Shown here: positions 10,136 to 19,848 of the stretch, one piece after another
Layout: every line of letters starts with the position of its first letter
Numbering within the stretch: the first letter of the stretch is position 1
Source: Bacillota bacterium
Lineage (GTDB): Bacteria; Bacillota; Ch66; Ch109
Length of the DNA stretch: 64,000 nucleotides
Direction: 5' to 3'
Assembly (NCBI GenBank): GCA_050952625.1
Contig: JBMNLH010000001.1
Coordinates: 1,152,001-1,216,000 of the forward strand
Program-made: the position numbers and the translations under genes
The notes under the pieces: generated by a model
Databases searched by the model: none
What the model was told of the DNA's origin: nothing
Seen by the model: only the letters and a program-made list of their open reading frames with translations

Positions 10136-10316
10136 TTATCGAGCCTTCATCTAGACGGTTAATGTAAAACCAAGATGGTACCACGGGTTTACCGACCGTC
10201 GAAGAACCAGGACAAGATAATTGTAAAGTAGATGTATGATAGGGTGTCCCCTTGGAGCCGGGGCCATCGGACAACCTGTAGGGCTGTTCAAGCACCGTAA
10301 TCCAACCGGGACACCC
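10136..10316. other. Two tandem long imperfect hairpins between thiolase and coaD
   Basis: Hairpin 1 at 10136-10220 (GACGGT/ACCGTC, GTAAAACC/GGGTTTAC); hairpin 2 at 10242-10316 (GGGTGTCCC/GGGACACCC, TTGGA/TCCAA, CGGGGC/GCACCG, GGACAACC/GGCTGTTC). Confidence 0.55.
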
Positions 10317-10503
10317 GCTTTGTTTACATAATTGTAATGGCATTTATACAATTCATTAATTTCGGAAAAAATACTTTATATAAATAGCTAATAAGGTTAA
10401 TAATTAACTGAAACAAGTTCGAAAATATGGTTTGTCTGGGGTCTTACCCGGGCAGCCTGTGTATATGCGAATGTCGGAATGCCAAAAAGGGGGATGCAAA
10501 ACA

Positions 10504-10995
10504 TTGAAAATCGGCGTCTACCCGGGGAGCTTCGATCCAGTTACAAATGGACATCTGGATATACTGGAGCGGGCGTCGAAGCTATTTGATCAAGTCATTG
10601 TGGCGGTAATTCATAATCCACAAAAAAACGGTTTTTTTTCAATTGAAGAAAGAGTAGCACTTTTAGAAGAAGTGACCCGGCATATTCCGAGGGTAATAGT
10701 GGACTCTTTTACCGGGTTGTTGATGGACTATGTGGTTAGTAAAAAGGCACAAGCAGTTATTCGGGGTTTAAGAGCGGTTAGCGACTTTGATTACGAAATG
10801 CAAATGGCTCTGATGAATAATAAACTTTGTCCATCAGTCGAGACGATTTTTATTATCTCATGTCCCCAGTATATTTATTTGAGCTCGACTAAAATTAAAG
10901 AAGTGGCTATATTAGGTGGATCAATCAATGGTTTGGTTCCTAAGCATGTGGAACAAAAACTAATCGATAAAATACGTAATACTAATAAGTTCTAA
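10504..10995 (+). CDS. coaD: Phosphopantetheine adenylyltransferase
   Basis: YPGSFDPVTNGHLDI, IRGLRAVSDFDYE, LSS..IKE; TTG 10504 after SD AAGGGGG. Confidence 0.96.
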   Translation: MKIGVYPGSFDPVTNGHLDILERASKLFDQVIVAVIHNPQKNGFFSIEERVALLEEVTRHIPRVIVDSFTGLLMDYVVSKKAQAVIRGLRAVSDFDYEMQMALMNNKLCPSVETIFIISCPQYIYLSSTKIKEVAILGGSINGLVPKHVEQKLIDKIRNTNKF

Positions 10996-11291
10996 TGTTA
11001 ACAAAGATATTAAAAATATTATTATGCATTAATTTACGCTAAAGATGTGTTTTTTTTCACAAATTTAAAAGGCATAAGTAATAGTTTTTTAAGTGAACAT
11101 GTTGCTTTGTTGAACATCGAGGCTTCAGATGGAGAATCTACCTCTCCTAAAATTTAACAAGGGTAACCCCCAATTATAGAAGTGAGAGTCTTTTTAATTC
11201 AGAGTAACCGGAGGGCTTAACAATGAAGGCCTAATCAGGTTATGGCAAGATTATATTAGCTTACTTAAACCATTTTTTCTAATGCGATAGC

Positions 11292-11320
11292 TTGACAACT
11301 ATCTGCGAAGGGATTATACT
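11292..11320 (+). promoter_or_regulatory. Sigma-A promoter of tRNA-Leu
   Basis: TTGACA-N17-TATACT. Confidence 0.8.
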
Positions 11321-11341
11321 ACATATCGTGAGCTAGGAAAT

Positions 11342-11429
11342 GCGGCAGTGGCGGAATTGGCAGACGCGCTAGATTCAGGGTCTAGTGGCTCTTGGGGTCG
11401 TGGGGGTTCAAGTCCCTTCTGCCGCACCA
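11342..11429 (+). tRNA. tRNA-Leu (anticodon CAG), long variable arm, CCA encoded
   Basis: Acceptor GCGGCAG/CTGCCGC-ACCA, D-loop GGAATTGGCAGAC, anticodon arm CTAGA-TTCAGGG-TCTAG, T-arm GGTTCAAGTCC. Confidence 0.97.
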
Positions 11430-11437
11430 ATTGAATG

Positions 11438-11479
11438 TAAACCGAAGTCAATTAAACATTAGACTTCGGTTTTTATTTT
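11438..11479 (+). terminator. Intrinsic terminator after tRNA-Leu
   Basis: AAACCGAAGTC...GACTTCGGTTT followed by a T-rich tract. Confidence 0.8.
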
Positions 11480-11578
11480 AATCAAAAATATGTACTTATA
11501 TCTGAGTAAAAAAGTATTTTCTTTTTGACTCTAAGTTATTATTATAGTATTAATGTCCAGTTTGGTAATCATTTCGGT

Positions 11579-11635
11579 TAGTATATACAACAATGTATAC
11601 ATATAATGTATACGTGCTTGTGCAAAAACCGACAA
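11579..11635 (+). promoter_or_regulatory. Operator cluster upstream of nuoA: tandem TGTATAC palindromes and a Rex-like box
   Basis: ATGTATACAT (11593-11602) and ATGTATACGT (11606-11615) overlap TATAAT (11602-11607); TTGTGCAAAAACCGACAA (11618-11635) resembles the Rex site TTGTGAAnnnnTTCACAA. Confidence 0.45.
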
Positions 11636-11697
11636 TTATTGACATCTGGTTAGGGTTTGTGGCACAATGCATGTTATAGAAAGGAGGGATATAGGGA

Positions 11698-12054
11698 ATG
11701 ACTAATGAATTTGCGGGTATAGGTGTCTTTTTTTTAGTAGCACTAATTTTTGGAATTTTAGCGATTGCGACTGCTCGGCTGATTAATCCAAAACGACCAA
11801 ACCCTATTAAACAGGATACTTATGAATGCGGTTTGAAAACCGAAGGAGAGACTTGGGTTCAGTTTCGTTCACAATATTTCTTATATGGTCTGGTGTTTGT
11901 GGCCTTTGACGTTGAATGTGTATTTCTGTATCCATGGGCAGTCAAATTTCAAAGCCTTGGCTTATTTGCTTTTATAGAAATGATCATTTTTATCGCGATT
12001 TTATTATTAGGCCTGTGGTACGCTTGGAAGGAGGGTGCTTTAGAATGGGTATAA
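11698..12054 (+). CDS. nuoA: Complex I subunit A
   Basis: [27 protein letters not shown]. Confidence 0.95.
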   Translation: MTNEFAGIGVFFLVALIFGILAIATARLINPKRPNPIKQDTYECGLKTEGETWVQFRSQYFLYGLVFVAFDVECVFLYPWAVKFQSLGLFAFIEMIIFIAILLLGLWYAWKEGALEWV

Positions 12055-12566
12055 ATGCCGAGCAACCGGCAGATGCCAAGCAGTTACTTAAGCACAACAT
12101 TATTTTAACCTCAATTGAGAAAGTATTAGACTGGGGTAGAGCTCATTCTTTATGGCCGTTGACATTTGGAATAGCCTGTTGTGCGATAGAAATGATGTCG
12201 ACGACAAATTCACGCTATGATCTTTCCCGTTTTGGTTCCGAATTATTTAGACCATCACCGCGACATGCAGATTTAATTATAATTCCCGGATCAGTTAACA
12301 AAAAACTTCAGCCTTTGGTTGAAAGGGTATACAACCAAATGGCTGATCCAAAGTATGTTATAGCTATGGGCAATTGCGCCATTAGTGGCGGGCCATACCG
12401 CGATTCATATGTAGTTTTACCTGGGGTAAATACCTTTCTTCCAGTAGATGTCTATATACCTGGCTGCCCCCCGCGACCGGAGGCTTTAATCTACGGTGTA
12501 TTGAAACTTAGAGAAAAAATTATGCATCCCGAAAGAGCGGTGAAGGTGAGTCAAGATGAGCAATAA
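12045..12566 (+). CDS. nuoB: Complex I subunit B
   Basis: [10 protein letters not shown] (tandem Cys of cluster N2), [21 protein letters not shown]; ATG 12045 after SD AAGGAGG. Confidence 0.95.
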   Translation: MGINAEQPADAKQLLKHNIILTSIEKVLDWGRAHSLWPLTFGIACCAIEMMSTTNSRYDLSRFGSELFRPSPRHADLIIIPGSVNKKLQPLVERVYNQMADPKYVIAMGNCAISGGPYRDSYVVLPGVNTFLPVDVYIPGCPPRPEALIYGVLKLREKIMHPERAVKVSQDEQ

Positions 12567-13002
12567 TTTAATGCATCCTGAAACAATTAGTAAACTGGCC
12601 TCACGATACTTTAGTCTCACAATAATTCCCGATCAACATACTACGAAGATTCAGGTTGAAGAAAACGATATGGTATATCTGATGGAGCAATTAAAAAATG
12701 CTCCAGAACTACATTTTGAACTGTTGCTTGACATTACTGCGGTTGATTATAAAGACCATTATATGATTGTTTATAATCTCTTTTCATTAAAACACGGCCA
12801 TAAAATTATGGTAATGTGTCGGATTGGACATGAAAACCCCTCAATCGTAACCATTTCCGATCTTTACCCAGCTGCCGAGGTGTTAGAGTGTGAGGTTTAT
12901 GATCTTATGGGAATAGAATTTATTAGTCATCCCAATTTGCGACGGATATTACTTTCAGAAGATTTTGAGGGATATCCTTTAAGAAAGGATTTTAAAAATT
13001 AA
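12556..13002 (+). CDS. nuoC: Complex I subunit C
   Basis: [31 protein letters not shown]. Confidence 0.93.
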   Translation: MSNNLMHPETISKLASRYFSLTIIPDQHTTKIQVEENDMVYLMEQLKNAPELHFELLLDITAVDYKDHYMIVYNLFSLKHGHKIMVMCRIGHENPSIVTISDLYPAAEVLECEVYDLMGIEFISHPNLRRILLSEDFEGYPLRKDFKN

Positions 13003-13031
13003 ATTAATAATACCTGATTGGAGGTGAGTCT

Positions 13032-14129
13032 GTGCCAAGAACTCAGGAATTGAATTTGAATATGGGACCACAACATCCTAGTACTCATGGTGTTTTTCGA
13101 TGTGTCATAACCCTCGATGGAGAGACAGTTACCAGGGTGGAAAACCATATTGGCTATCTGCACCGGGGAATAGAAAAAATCGCCGAATCAAAAACCTATC
13201 CTCAATTTATTCCGTACACTGATCGAATGGACTATCTTTGCTCGATGGTTTATAACCAGGGCTATGTAGAAACCATTGAACAAATGCTGGGTATTGAGGT
13301 ACCTGAGCGAGCAGAGTACATTCGGGTAATCATGGCGGAACTGTCTCGGATCGCTTCCCATCTAGTCATGGTGGCCACTATGGCTATTGACTTAGCCGGT
13401 ACCTCTAACTGGATGTATTGCTTCCGGGAAAGAGAGAAGATCTTGGATCTTTTTGAAATGACTTGTGGGTCGCGGATGACCTTTAGTTATATGCGATTCG
13501 GTGGAGTGTCTGAGGATCTTCCCGAAGAGTTTATTCCGGCTTGTAGAAAATTTATTAACGAGTTTCCGGAAAAGATGAATGAAGTTCACGAATTATTGAC
13601 GGGTAACGAGATTTTTCAGGCCCGGACCAAAGGGATAGGTGTTTTGCCCCCGGACATGGCTGTGGCTTACGGTATTACTGGGCCGAACTTGCGCGCCAGT
13701 GGTGTTCCTTATGATGTCCGTAAGAATCAACCTTATAGTATTTATGAACGATTTGATTTTAAACTGCCCGTCCGTTTTAACGGCGATTGTTTTGATCGGT
13801 ACCTTCTTCGTTTTGATGAAATGGAACAGAGCTGCCGAATTATTGAACAAGCTTTAGATAGCTTGCCAGAAGGAGAGATAAAGGGTAAAGTACCCAAGAT
13901 GATTAAAGTCCCGCCAGGCGAGGTTTACCATCAGGTAGAGTCATCCAAAGGAGCATTGGGTTTTTTCTTGGTTAGTGACGGTTCCAATAAGCCATATCGA
14001 TTACATGTTCGCGGCCCATCATTTGTCAATATGGGGGTCTTTCCGGAATTGGCCAAAGGTTGGAAAATACAGGATGTTATATCAATACTAGCTTCCCTTG
14101 ATCCCGTTCTGGGTGAGGTGGATAGGTAA
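13032..14129 (+). CDS. nuoD: Complex I subunit D
   Basis: [27 protein letters not shown]-terminal GEVDR; no NiFe-binding CxxC motifs. Confidence 0.95.
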   Translation: MPRTQELNLNMGPQHPSTHGVFRCVITLDGETVTRVENHIGYLHRGIEKIAESKTYPQFIPYTDRMDYLCSMVYNQGYVETIEQMLGIEVPERAEYIRVIMAELSRIASHLVMVATMAIDLAGTSNWMYCFREREKILDLFEMTCGSRMTFSYMRFGGVSEDLPEEFIPACRKFINEFPEKMNEVHELLTGNEIFQARTKGIGVLPPDMAVAYGITGPNLRASGVPYDVRKNQPYSIYERFDFKLPVRFNGDCFDRYLLRFDEMEQSCRIIEQALDSLPEGEIKGKVPKMIKVPPGEVYHQVESSKGALGFFLVSDGSNKPYRLHVRGPSFVNMGVFPELAKGWKIQDVISILASLDPVLGEVDR

Positions 14130-14141
14130 GGAGCAGTGGGC

Positions 14142-15188
14142 ATGGAACTACTCGAACGCCTTTTTGTAAATATTGCTGGATTAGCCCGAACGCTTATGGC
14201 CGGGTGGTCAATACCGAATAGCGTCATTGAATTAGTGGTGTTAATCTTAGGGATTATCGCCATAATTGGCTTGATTATTGTTGATGCTATAATTTTAGTT
14301 TGGTTGGAACGAAAAGTAGCCGGATTTATTCAAGAACGTCCGGGACCGAATCGGCTAGGACCGGCTGGATTCTTTCAAACGATAGCTGATACCTTTAAGT
14401 TATTAGGGAAAGAAGATGTGATTCCGCGTTCTGCAGACCGTTGGGTCTTTAGGCTGGCCGCCCCTTTGGTCTTTGTCCCGGCGATAATGCTCTATGCGGT
14501 TATTCCTTTTGGCAAAGATATGGTACCAGTTGATCTTAATGTGGGCCTTTTCTATTGTTTTTCGATCGCCTCTTTGGGTACCATGTCATTTTTGATGGCC
14601 GGGTGGGGTTCCCATAATAAATACTCTCTCCTCGGCGGAATGCGAACCGTTGCCCAGATGATCAGTTATGAGATCCCGCTTCTGCTCTCTGTGCTTGGGG
14701 TAGTGATGATTGTTGGTTCACTAAACCTTTCAGATATTGTCGCGGCCCAAAAAAATGTTTGGTTTATCATAATTCAACCGGTTGCATTTGTAATCTACTT
14801 AATCGCCGCAACAGCTGAGCTGAACAGAGGGCCATTTGACCTCCCCGAGGGAGAACAGGAACTAGTAGCCGGAGTCTATACTGAATTTAGTGGGATGCGC
14901 TGGGCTCTTTTCTTCCTGGCCGAGTATACTAACATGGTTGCTACGGCAGCCATCGCCGTTACCCTGTTCTTTGGCGGTTGGCACGGACCCTGGTTACCTT
15001 CTTGGATGTGGTTTTTCCTAAAAGTCTATCTTATTATCTTCTTTTTTATGGTCATTAAATGGACTTATCCCCGCATTAGAGTGGACCATTTAATGCACTT
15101 TGGGTGGAAATTTTTGATTCCTTTGTCTTTGGCTAATCTACTGCTAACCGGAGTAGGGATTGAGATTTATCGGGTTATGAGGGGGTGA
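14142..15188 (+). CDS. nuoH: Complex I subunit H
   Basis: [43 protein letters not shown]. Confidence 0.95.
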   Translation: MELLERLFVNIAGLARTLMAGWSIPNSVIELVVLILGIIAIIGLIIVDAIILVWLERKVAGFIQERPGPNRLGPAGFFQTIADTFKLLGKEDVIPRSADRWVFRLAAPLVFVPAIMLYAVIPFGKDMVPVDLNVGLFYCFSIASLGTMSFLMAGWGSHNKYSLLGGMRTVAQMISYEIPLLLSVLGVVMIVGSLNLSDIVAAQKNVWFIIIQPVAFVIYLIAATAELNRGPFDLPEGEQELVAGVYTEFSGMRWALFFLAEYTNMVATAAIAVTLFFGGWHGPWLPSWMWFFLKVYLIIFFFMVIKWTYPRIRVDHLMHFGWKFLIPLSLANLLLTGVGIEIYRVMRG

Positions 15189-15192
15189 GCAA

Positions 15193-15588
15193 ATGTATGG
15201 AGAAGGTCTTATAAAGGGATTAAGGGTAACCTTAAAACACTTTTTTGGCCCGCATCTTACCCAGTATTATCCGGAAGAACGACCAATTCTCCCTCCTCGG
15301 TTTCATGGCTTTCTTGCATTTGACCCGGAGAATTGTATTGTCTGTGGACTTTGTCAGACTGCCTGTCCTAACCGCGTTATTTCTTTAAAGTCAGAAAAAG
15401 GTGGGGAGGACGGCAAGAAAAGAATACTTACCGAGTATGTGATGGACTTTCGCTATTGTATGTTTTGTGGCTTGTGTATTGAGGCATGCCCAAAAGGTTG
15501 CTTAAAATTTACTCATGAGTTTGAAAAAGCAACGTATCACGCAGATGAAATAAGCCAGGTAATGCACAGGAAGAAGGTGGAAGAATGA
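15193..15588 (+). CDS. nuoI: Complex I subunit I
   Basis: T.YYPEE and two 4Fe-4S motifs (CIVCGLCQTACP, CMFCGLCIEACP). Confidence 0.93.
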   Translation: MYGEGLIKGLRVTLKHFFGPHLTQYYPEERPILPPRFHGFLAFDPENCIVCGLCQTACPNRVISLKSEKGGEDGKKRILTEYVMDFRYCMFCGLCIEACPKGCLKFTHEFEKATYHADEISQVMHRKKVEE

Positions 15589-16088
15589 GCGTATCAACCA
15601 TAGTATTTTGGATTATTGCGGCGGTAATTTTAGGATCAGCGATATCTGTCGTCACTGCTCAGAATCTGGTACATGCAGCCCTATTTATGGTGCTCACCTT
15701 CTTCGGCGTCTCAGGCTTATATGTTTTACTTGAAGCAGACTTCTTGGCAGTGGTTCAAATATTAATTTATGTTGGAGCTATCGCTGTTTTGATGGTTTTT
15801 GGAGTGATGCTGACCCAAAGAAAAGGTATGGAAGAAACGAATGTTTCATCTAGCCATAAATGGGTAACCGGGATTCTAGTCACGGCTCTAATGGTAATTT
15901 TAGCCTATGCGGTTACTCGGACACCTTGGCAGGTAATTGATCAAGCAGCCCCTGAATCAACGGTCGGTCTAATAGGCGAGTTGATGCTAACTAGATTTGT
16001 GATACCTTTTGAAATCGTAGGCATTTTATTGCTAGTAGCCGTACTCGGAGCGATTATCCTGACGAAAGGAGCGAGGAGATTGCCATGA
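15585..16088 (+). CDS. nuoJ: Complex I subunit J
   Basis: FLAVVQILIYVGAIAVL, PFEIVGILLLVA. Confidence 0.93.
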   Translation: MSVSTIVFWIIAAVILGSAISVVTAQNLVHAALFMVLTFFGVSGLYVLLEADFLAVVQILIYVGAIAVLMVFGVMLTQRKGMEETNVSSSHKWVTGILVTALMVILAYAVTRTPWQVIDQAAPESTVGLIGELMLTRFVIPFEIVGILLLVAVLGAIILTKGARRLP

Positions 16089-16396
16089 CCATTACCCTCA
16101 ATCACTACCTGCTTCTGGCGGCAATGCTTTTTTGTATTGGTTTATATGCGGCCCTAGCTAAAAAGAATGCCATATCTATTTTAATGGGTATTGAGTTGAT
16201 GCTTAATGCCTGTATCATTAATCTGGTGGCATTTAACCGATTTATGGCTCCAGACATGGTAGTTGGACATGTTTTCGGCGTCTTTGTCATTGCCTTGGCT
16301 GCGGCGGAGGTTGCCGTCGGTCTAGCTTTGGTCCTGACCGTATACCGAGACTTACTATCAGTCAATATAGATGATTTTAACTGGTTGAAATGGTAG
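16085..16396 (+). CDS. nuoK: Complex I subunit K
   Basis: LMGIELMLNA, AAAEVAVGLAL. Confidence 0.95.
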   Translation: MTITLNHYLLLAAMLFCIGLYAALAKKNAISILMGIELMLNACIINLVAFNRFMAPDMVVGHVFGVFVIALAAAEVAVGLALVLTVYRDLLSVNIDDFNWLKW

Positions 16397-16432
16397 GCTT
16401 TTTTCAGAATAAGGCAGGTGAATTTTGCTAGA

Positions 16433-18322
16433 ATGACTCAATTTGCAATAGACAATTCCTGGTTAATCCCCTTTATGCCGGCCTTGGCCTTTATTATGAT
16501 TGTTTTTTTCCTTCGTAAAGCACCCCAGGCTAGTGCCCTGTTTTCGATAGCTTGTATTTTTACCTCTTTTGTTCTGGCTTTGGGCGTAGTGGGCGGAATC
16601 CTGGCGAACCCGACCACCACGGAACATAGCCTATCTTGGTTTAGTATGCCAGGGATATCGTTGGAGATGGGAACTCTGATTGACCCGATCTCTGGTATGA
16701 TGGTCTTTGTAGTGACCTTAATCGCTATGCTAGTCCAGGTATATTCAATTGGCTATATGGAAAATGATCCCGGTTACTCAACTTATTTTGCCTATCAATC
16801 ATTGTTTGCAATGTCTATGCTGGGACTAGTTGTGGCCAATAATTTTTTGCAGATGTTTGTTTTTTGGGAACTAGTTGGTCTATGTTCCTATTTGTTAATT
16901 GGTTTCTGGTTTTTTAAACACTCAGCTCGCGAAGCCGCCAAGAAGGCTTTTATCACTAATCGGGTCGGTGATTTTGGTTTCTTGTTGGGAATTCTGTTAT
17001 TACAAATTCTTTTTGGTACCCTTAATTTTACCGATTTAGCCGATATTATTCCTACGTATTCAAATATCGGTCTCTTGACTGTAGTTGCATTATTAGTTTT
17101 TGCCGGGCCGATTGGCAAGTCCGGCCAATTTCCTCTACATGTATGGCTGCCTGATGCTATGGAAGGACCTACGCCAGTTAGTGCGCTTATCCATGCGGCA
17201 ACCATGGTCGTAGCCGGGGTTTACTTAATTGCGCGAGCCTTCTTTTTATTTGTTGCTGTTCCGGATGCCCTGATGGTTATTGCTTATGTAGGTGGCTTTA
17301 CAGCTTTCTTTGCCGCCACAATTGCGATCACCCAAGACGATATTAAACGCATTTTAGCTTACTCTACTTTAAGTCAGCTGGGCTATATGGTGATGGCCTT
17401 GGGAGTAGGCGGCTTAACCGCCAGTATGTTTCACTTGATGACCCATGCTTTTTTCAAGGCCTTATTATTTTTGGGTGCTGGCAGTGTTATCCACGCCCTG
17501 CATAATAAACAGGATATTTGGGAAATGGGGGGTCTGGCCCCGAAAATGCCCGTAACCACCAAAACCTTTGTTATCGCCGCTTTGGCTTTAGCCGGTATTT
17601 TCCCTCTAGCAGGGTTTTGGAGTAAAGATGAGATTTTACTAGCTACCTTGAGTAATGGTTATACCGGTCTTTATTTAGTCGGCACATTTGTTGCCTTTCT
17701 CACAGCCTTTTATATGTTCCGGTTAGTATTTGTTGCCTTTTATGGCAAGCCTAATCCAGAAAACCAGCCGCATGAATCACCAAAGGTAATGACTGTTCCT
17801 TTAATAGTTCTTGCGTGTTTGTCGGTAGTGGGCGGATTAGTTGGTATGCCTTGGTTGGAAACTAATTTTGGCAGTTACATTTATTTTGGCGAAGCGCATC
17901 ATGGTTATAGCTTAAGCATTATGCTTACTTCAACGTTAGTGGCTTTAGCGGGAATCTATCTAGCCTACTTAATGTACTATAAAAAAACTATCTCAGCCTC
18001 GGCAATTGCTCATCGATTTCAGCCGATCTACAAACTGCTCTATAACAAATACTATATTGATGAAATCTATCAATGGTTTATTAACCGGGTGGTGGATGGA
18101 GCCGGCCGGGTAGCCTACTGGGTTGATCTATACGTAGTTGATGGAGTTGTTAATGGTCTTGCCAACGGAACCAAATGGGGAGGCTATTTGGTTCGTTACC
18201 TGCAAACTGGACAAACTCAGCATTATGGGATGGTCCTGATTGCCGCCGTAGTAGTAATTGTTATCCTATTAGGTTTAATTGACCCTTCAATGGGGATTTT
18301 TGCCGGGGGAGGTGCTAAATAA
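16433..18322 (+). CDS. nuoL: Complex I subunit L (antiporter-like)
   Basis: WELVGLCSYLLIGFW, GKSGQFPLHVWLPDAMEGPTPVSALIHAATMV, HAFFKALLFL. Confidence 0.96.
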   Translation: MTQFAIDNSWLIPFMPALAFIMIVFFLRKAPQASALFSIACIFTSFVLALGVVGGILANPTTTEHSLSWFSMPGISLEMGTLIDPISGMMVFVVTLIAMLVQVYSIGYMENDPGYSTYFAYQSLFAMSMLGLVVANNFLQMFVFWELVGLCSYLLIGFWFFKHSAREAAKKAFITNRVGDFGFLLGILLLQILFGTLNFTDLADIIPTYSNIGLLTVVALLVFAGPIGKSGQFPLHVWLPDAMEGPTPVSALIHAATMVVAGVYLIARAFFLFVAVPDALMVIAYVGGFTAFFAATIAITQDDIKRILAYSTLSQLGYMVMALGVGGLTASMFHLMTHAFFKALLFLGAGSVIHALHNKQDIWEMGGLAPKMPVTTKTFVIAALALAGIFPLAGFWSKDEILLATLSNGYTGLYLVGTFVAFLTAFYMFRLVFVAFYGKPNPENQPHESPKVMTVPLIVLACLSVVGGLVGMPWLETNFGSYIYFGEAHHGYSLSIMLTSTLVALAGIYLAYLMYYKKTISASAIAHRFQPIYKLLYNKYYIDEIYQWFINRVVDGAGRVAYWVDLYVVDGVVNGLANGTKWGGYLVRYLQTGQTQHYGMVLIAAVVVIVILLGLIDPSMGIFAGGGAK

Positions 18323-19848
18323 TGAATTTTTTAACTGAACCTAGCTTCCCCTATCTATCAGTCATCCTGCTCGCTCCGCTTGTCGGCGCATTAGCCACGA
18401 TTTTTGTCCCGCGTGAAGAGGTTTGGACGATTAAGGCGGTAGCTGCTATATCAACTTTGGTATCACTAGCGCTAAGTGTGCTGATCTATATTGCCTATGA
18501 TCCAGTAGTTGGCGGGATGCAATTTAAGGAAGATATTCTTTGGATTCGTGACCTAGGAGTCAGTTACTCGCTTGGGGTTGATGGGATTTCCTTGCCCTTA
18601 CTCCTCTTAACGAACCTGATCGGTTTCTCAGCCGTTTACGCTTCCTGGAACGTTAAAGAACGGGTTAAAGAATTCTTTGTTTTATTACTTATCTTAATTA
18701 CCGGGGTTATGGGTACTTTCTTAGCCCGTGATCTGTTTATCTTTCTTTTGTTCTATGAGGTAGTAGTCATACCCATTTACATTATGGTGATTATCTGGGG
18801 TAGTACCAAACGCGTGACCAAAGAATATGCCGGGATGAAGCTGACGATTTACCTTTTGATTGGAAGTGCCTTTCTGCTAGCCGGCATGATTGCGTTGTAT
18901 GTTAATGCCTATCAACTAACCGGGGTTCGGACAATGGACATCGAATCCTTAATGTTAGTGTCTTTTCCTGAACAATTTCAGATTATCGGGTTTTTGCTAA
19001 TGGCAATTGGTTTCTGTACCTTAATCTCCATGTGGCCTTTCCATTCTTGGTCGCCCGATGGTTATGCCGGTGCTCCGACAGCGGTGAGTATGATTCACGC
19101 CGGGGTTTTAAAGAAAATAGGCGGATATGGACTTATTCGGATCGGTCTATTCATTTTACCGGCCGGGGCTAAATTTTGGGCCCCTGTAATCGCCTTATTG
19201 GCTGTGGGTAATGTTGTTTATGCGGCCTTGATTTGCTTGGTACAGAAGGACCTAAAATATGTCGTTGGGTATTCAAGTGTTAGTCACATGGGCTATGTCT
19301 TAATCGGTTTTGCCGCTCTAAATATAGTCAGTATCAACGGAGCAGTGGCCCAGATGTTTGCCCATGGGGTCATGGCTGCCTTGTTCTTTGCGATGATCGG
19401 TAATCTGTATGAAAAAAGCCATACCCGAAATATTTCGGATTTCGGAGGTTTGGCTAATCAGGTGCCAATTCTGGCGGTCGGGTTTATGCTAGCCGGCTTC
19501 GCTTCCCTTGGTTTGCCCGGACTGGCCAGTTTTCCAGCTGAGTTCACGATTTTTGTCGGTGCCTTCAACGTTTATAAGGTATTCACTATCCTGGCGATCA
19601 GTGGGATAATTTTTACAGCAGTCTATATTTTGCGAATGCTTGGGAATATCTTGTTTGGGCCAAGGAAACCCGAATGGGATAAATTAACGGATATCAAAGG
19701 GCCAGAGTGGGTGCCTTTGATAGTACTTGGCTCGGTCTTGGTTGTTTTCGGTATTTTCCCATCTCTGCTGATGGATATGGTTAATAGTGGAGTTACCTCT
19801 CTGTTTGCCAGACTTGGACTTAGCGCGATCGTAGGAGGTGGCTTCTAG
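18322..19848 (+). CDS. nuoM: Complex I subunit M (antiporter-like)
   Basis: LGVDGISL, WPFHSWSPD...APT, YSSVSHMG, LGLPGL..F.AEF. Confidence 0.93.
   Translation: MNFLTEPSFPYLSVILLAPLVGALATIFVPREEVWTIKAVAAISTLVSLALSVLIYIAYDPVVGGMQFKEDILWIRDLGVSYSLGVDGISLPLLLLTNLIGFSAVYASWNVKERVKEFFVLLLILITGVMGTFLARDLFIFLLFYEVVVIPIYIMVIIWGSTKRVTKEYAGMKLTIYLLIGSAFLLAGMIALYVNAYQLTGVRTMDIESLMLVSFPEQFQIIGFLLMAIGFCTLISMWPFHSWSPDGYAGAPTAVSMIHAGVLKKIGGYGLIRIGLFILPAGAKFWAPVIALLAVGNVVYAALICLVQKDLKYVVGYSSVSHMGYVLIGFAALNIVSINGAVAQMFAHGVMAALFFAMIGNLYEKSHTRNISDFGGLANQVPILAVGFMLAGFASLGLPGLASFPAEFTIFVGAFNVYKVFTILAISGIIFTAVYILRMLGNILFGPRKPEWDKLTDIKGPEWVPLIVLGSVLVVFGIFPSLLMDMVNSGVTSLFARLGLSAIVGGGF

Noticed and set aside
10110-10350. 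6S RNA or SRP RNA, and the minus-strand ORFs 10125-10343 and 10151-10351
   Set aside because: The region folds as two separate hairpins, not one end-to-end rod; the SRP domain IV motif is absent; the ORFs lack an SD and protein-like features.
11660-11674. Sigma-54 promoter upstream of nuoA (TGGCAC...)
   Set aside because: The -12 position reads GT instead of GC, and the implied start would fall inside the SD.
12045-14129. Group 4 NiFe hydrogenase (Ech/Hyf)
   Set aside because: The large subunit has no CxxC NiFe motifs and carries complex I quinone-site signatures.
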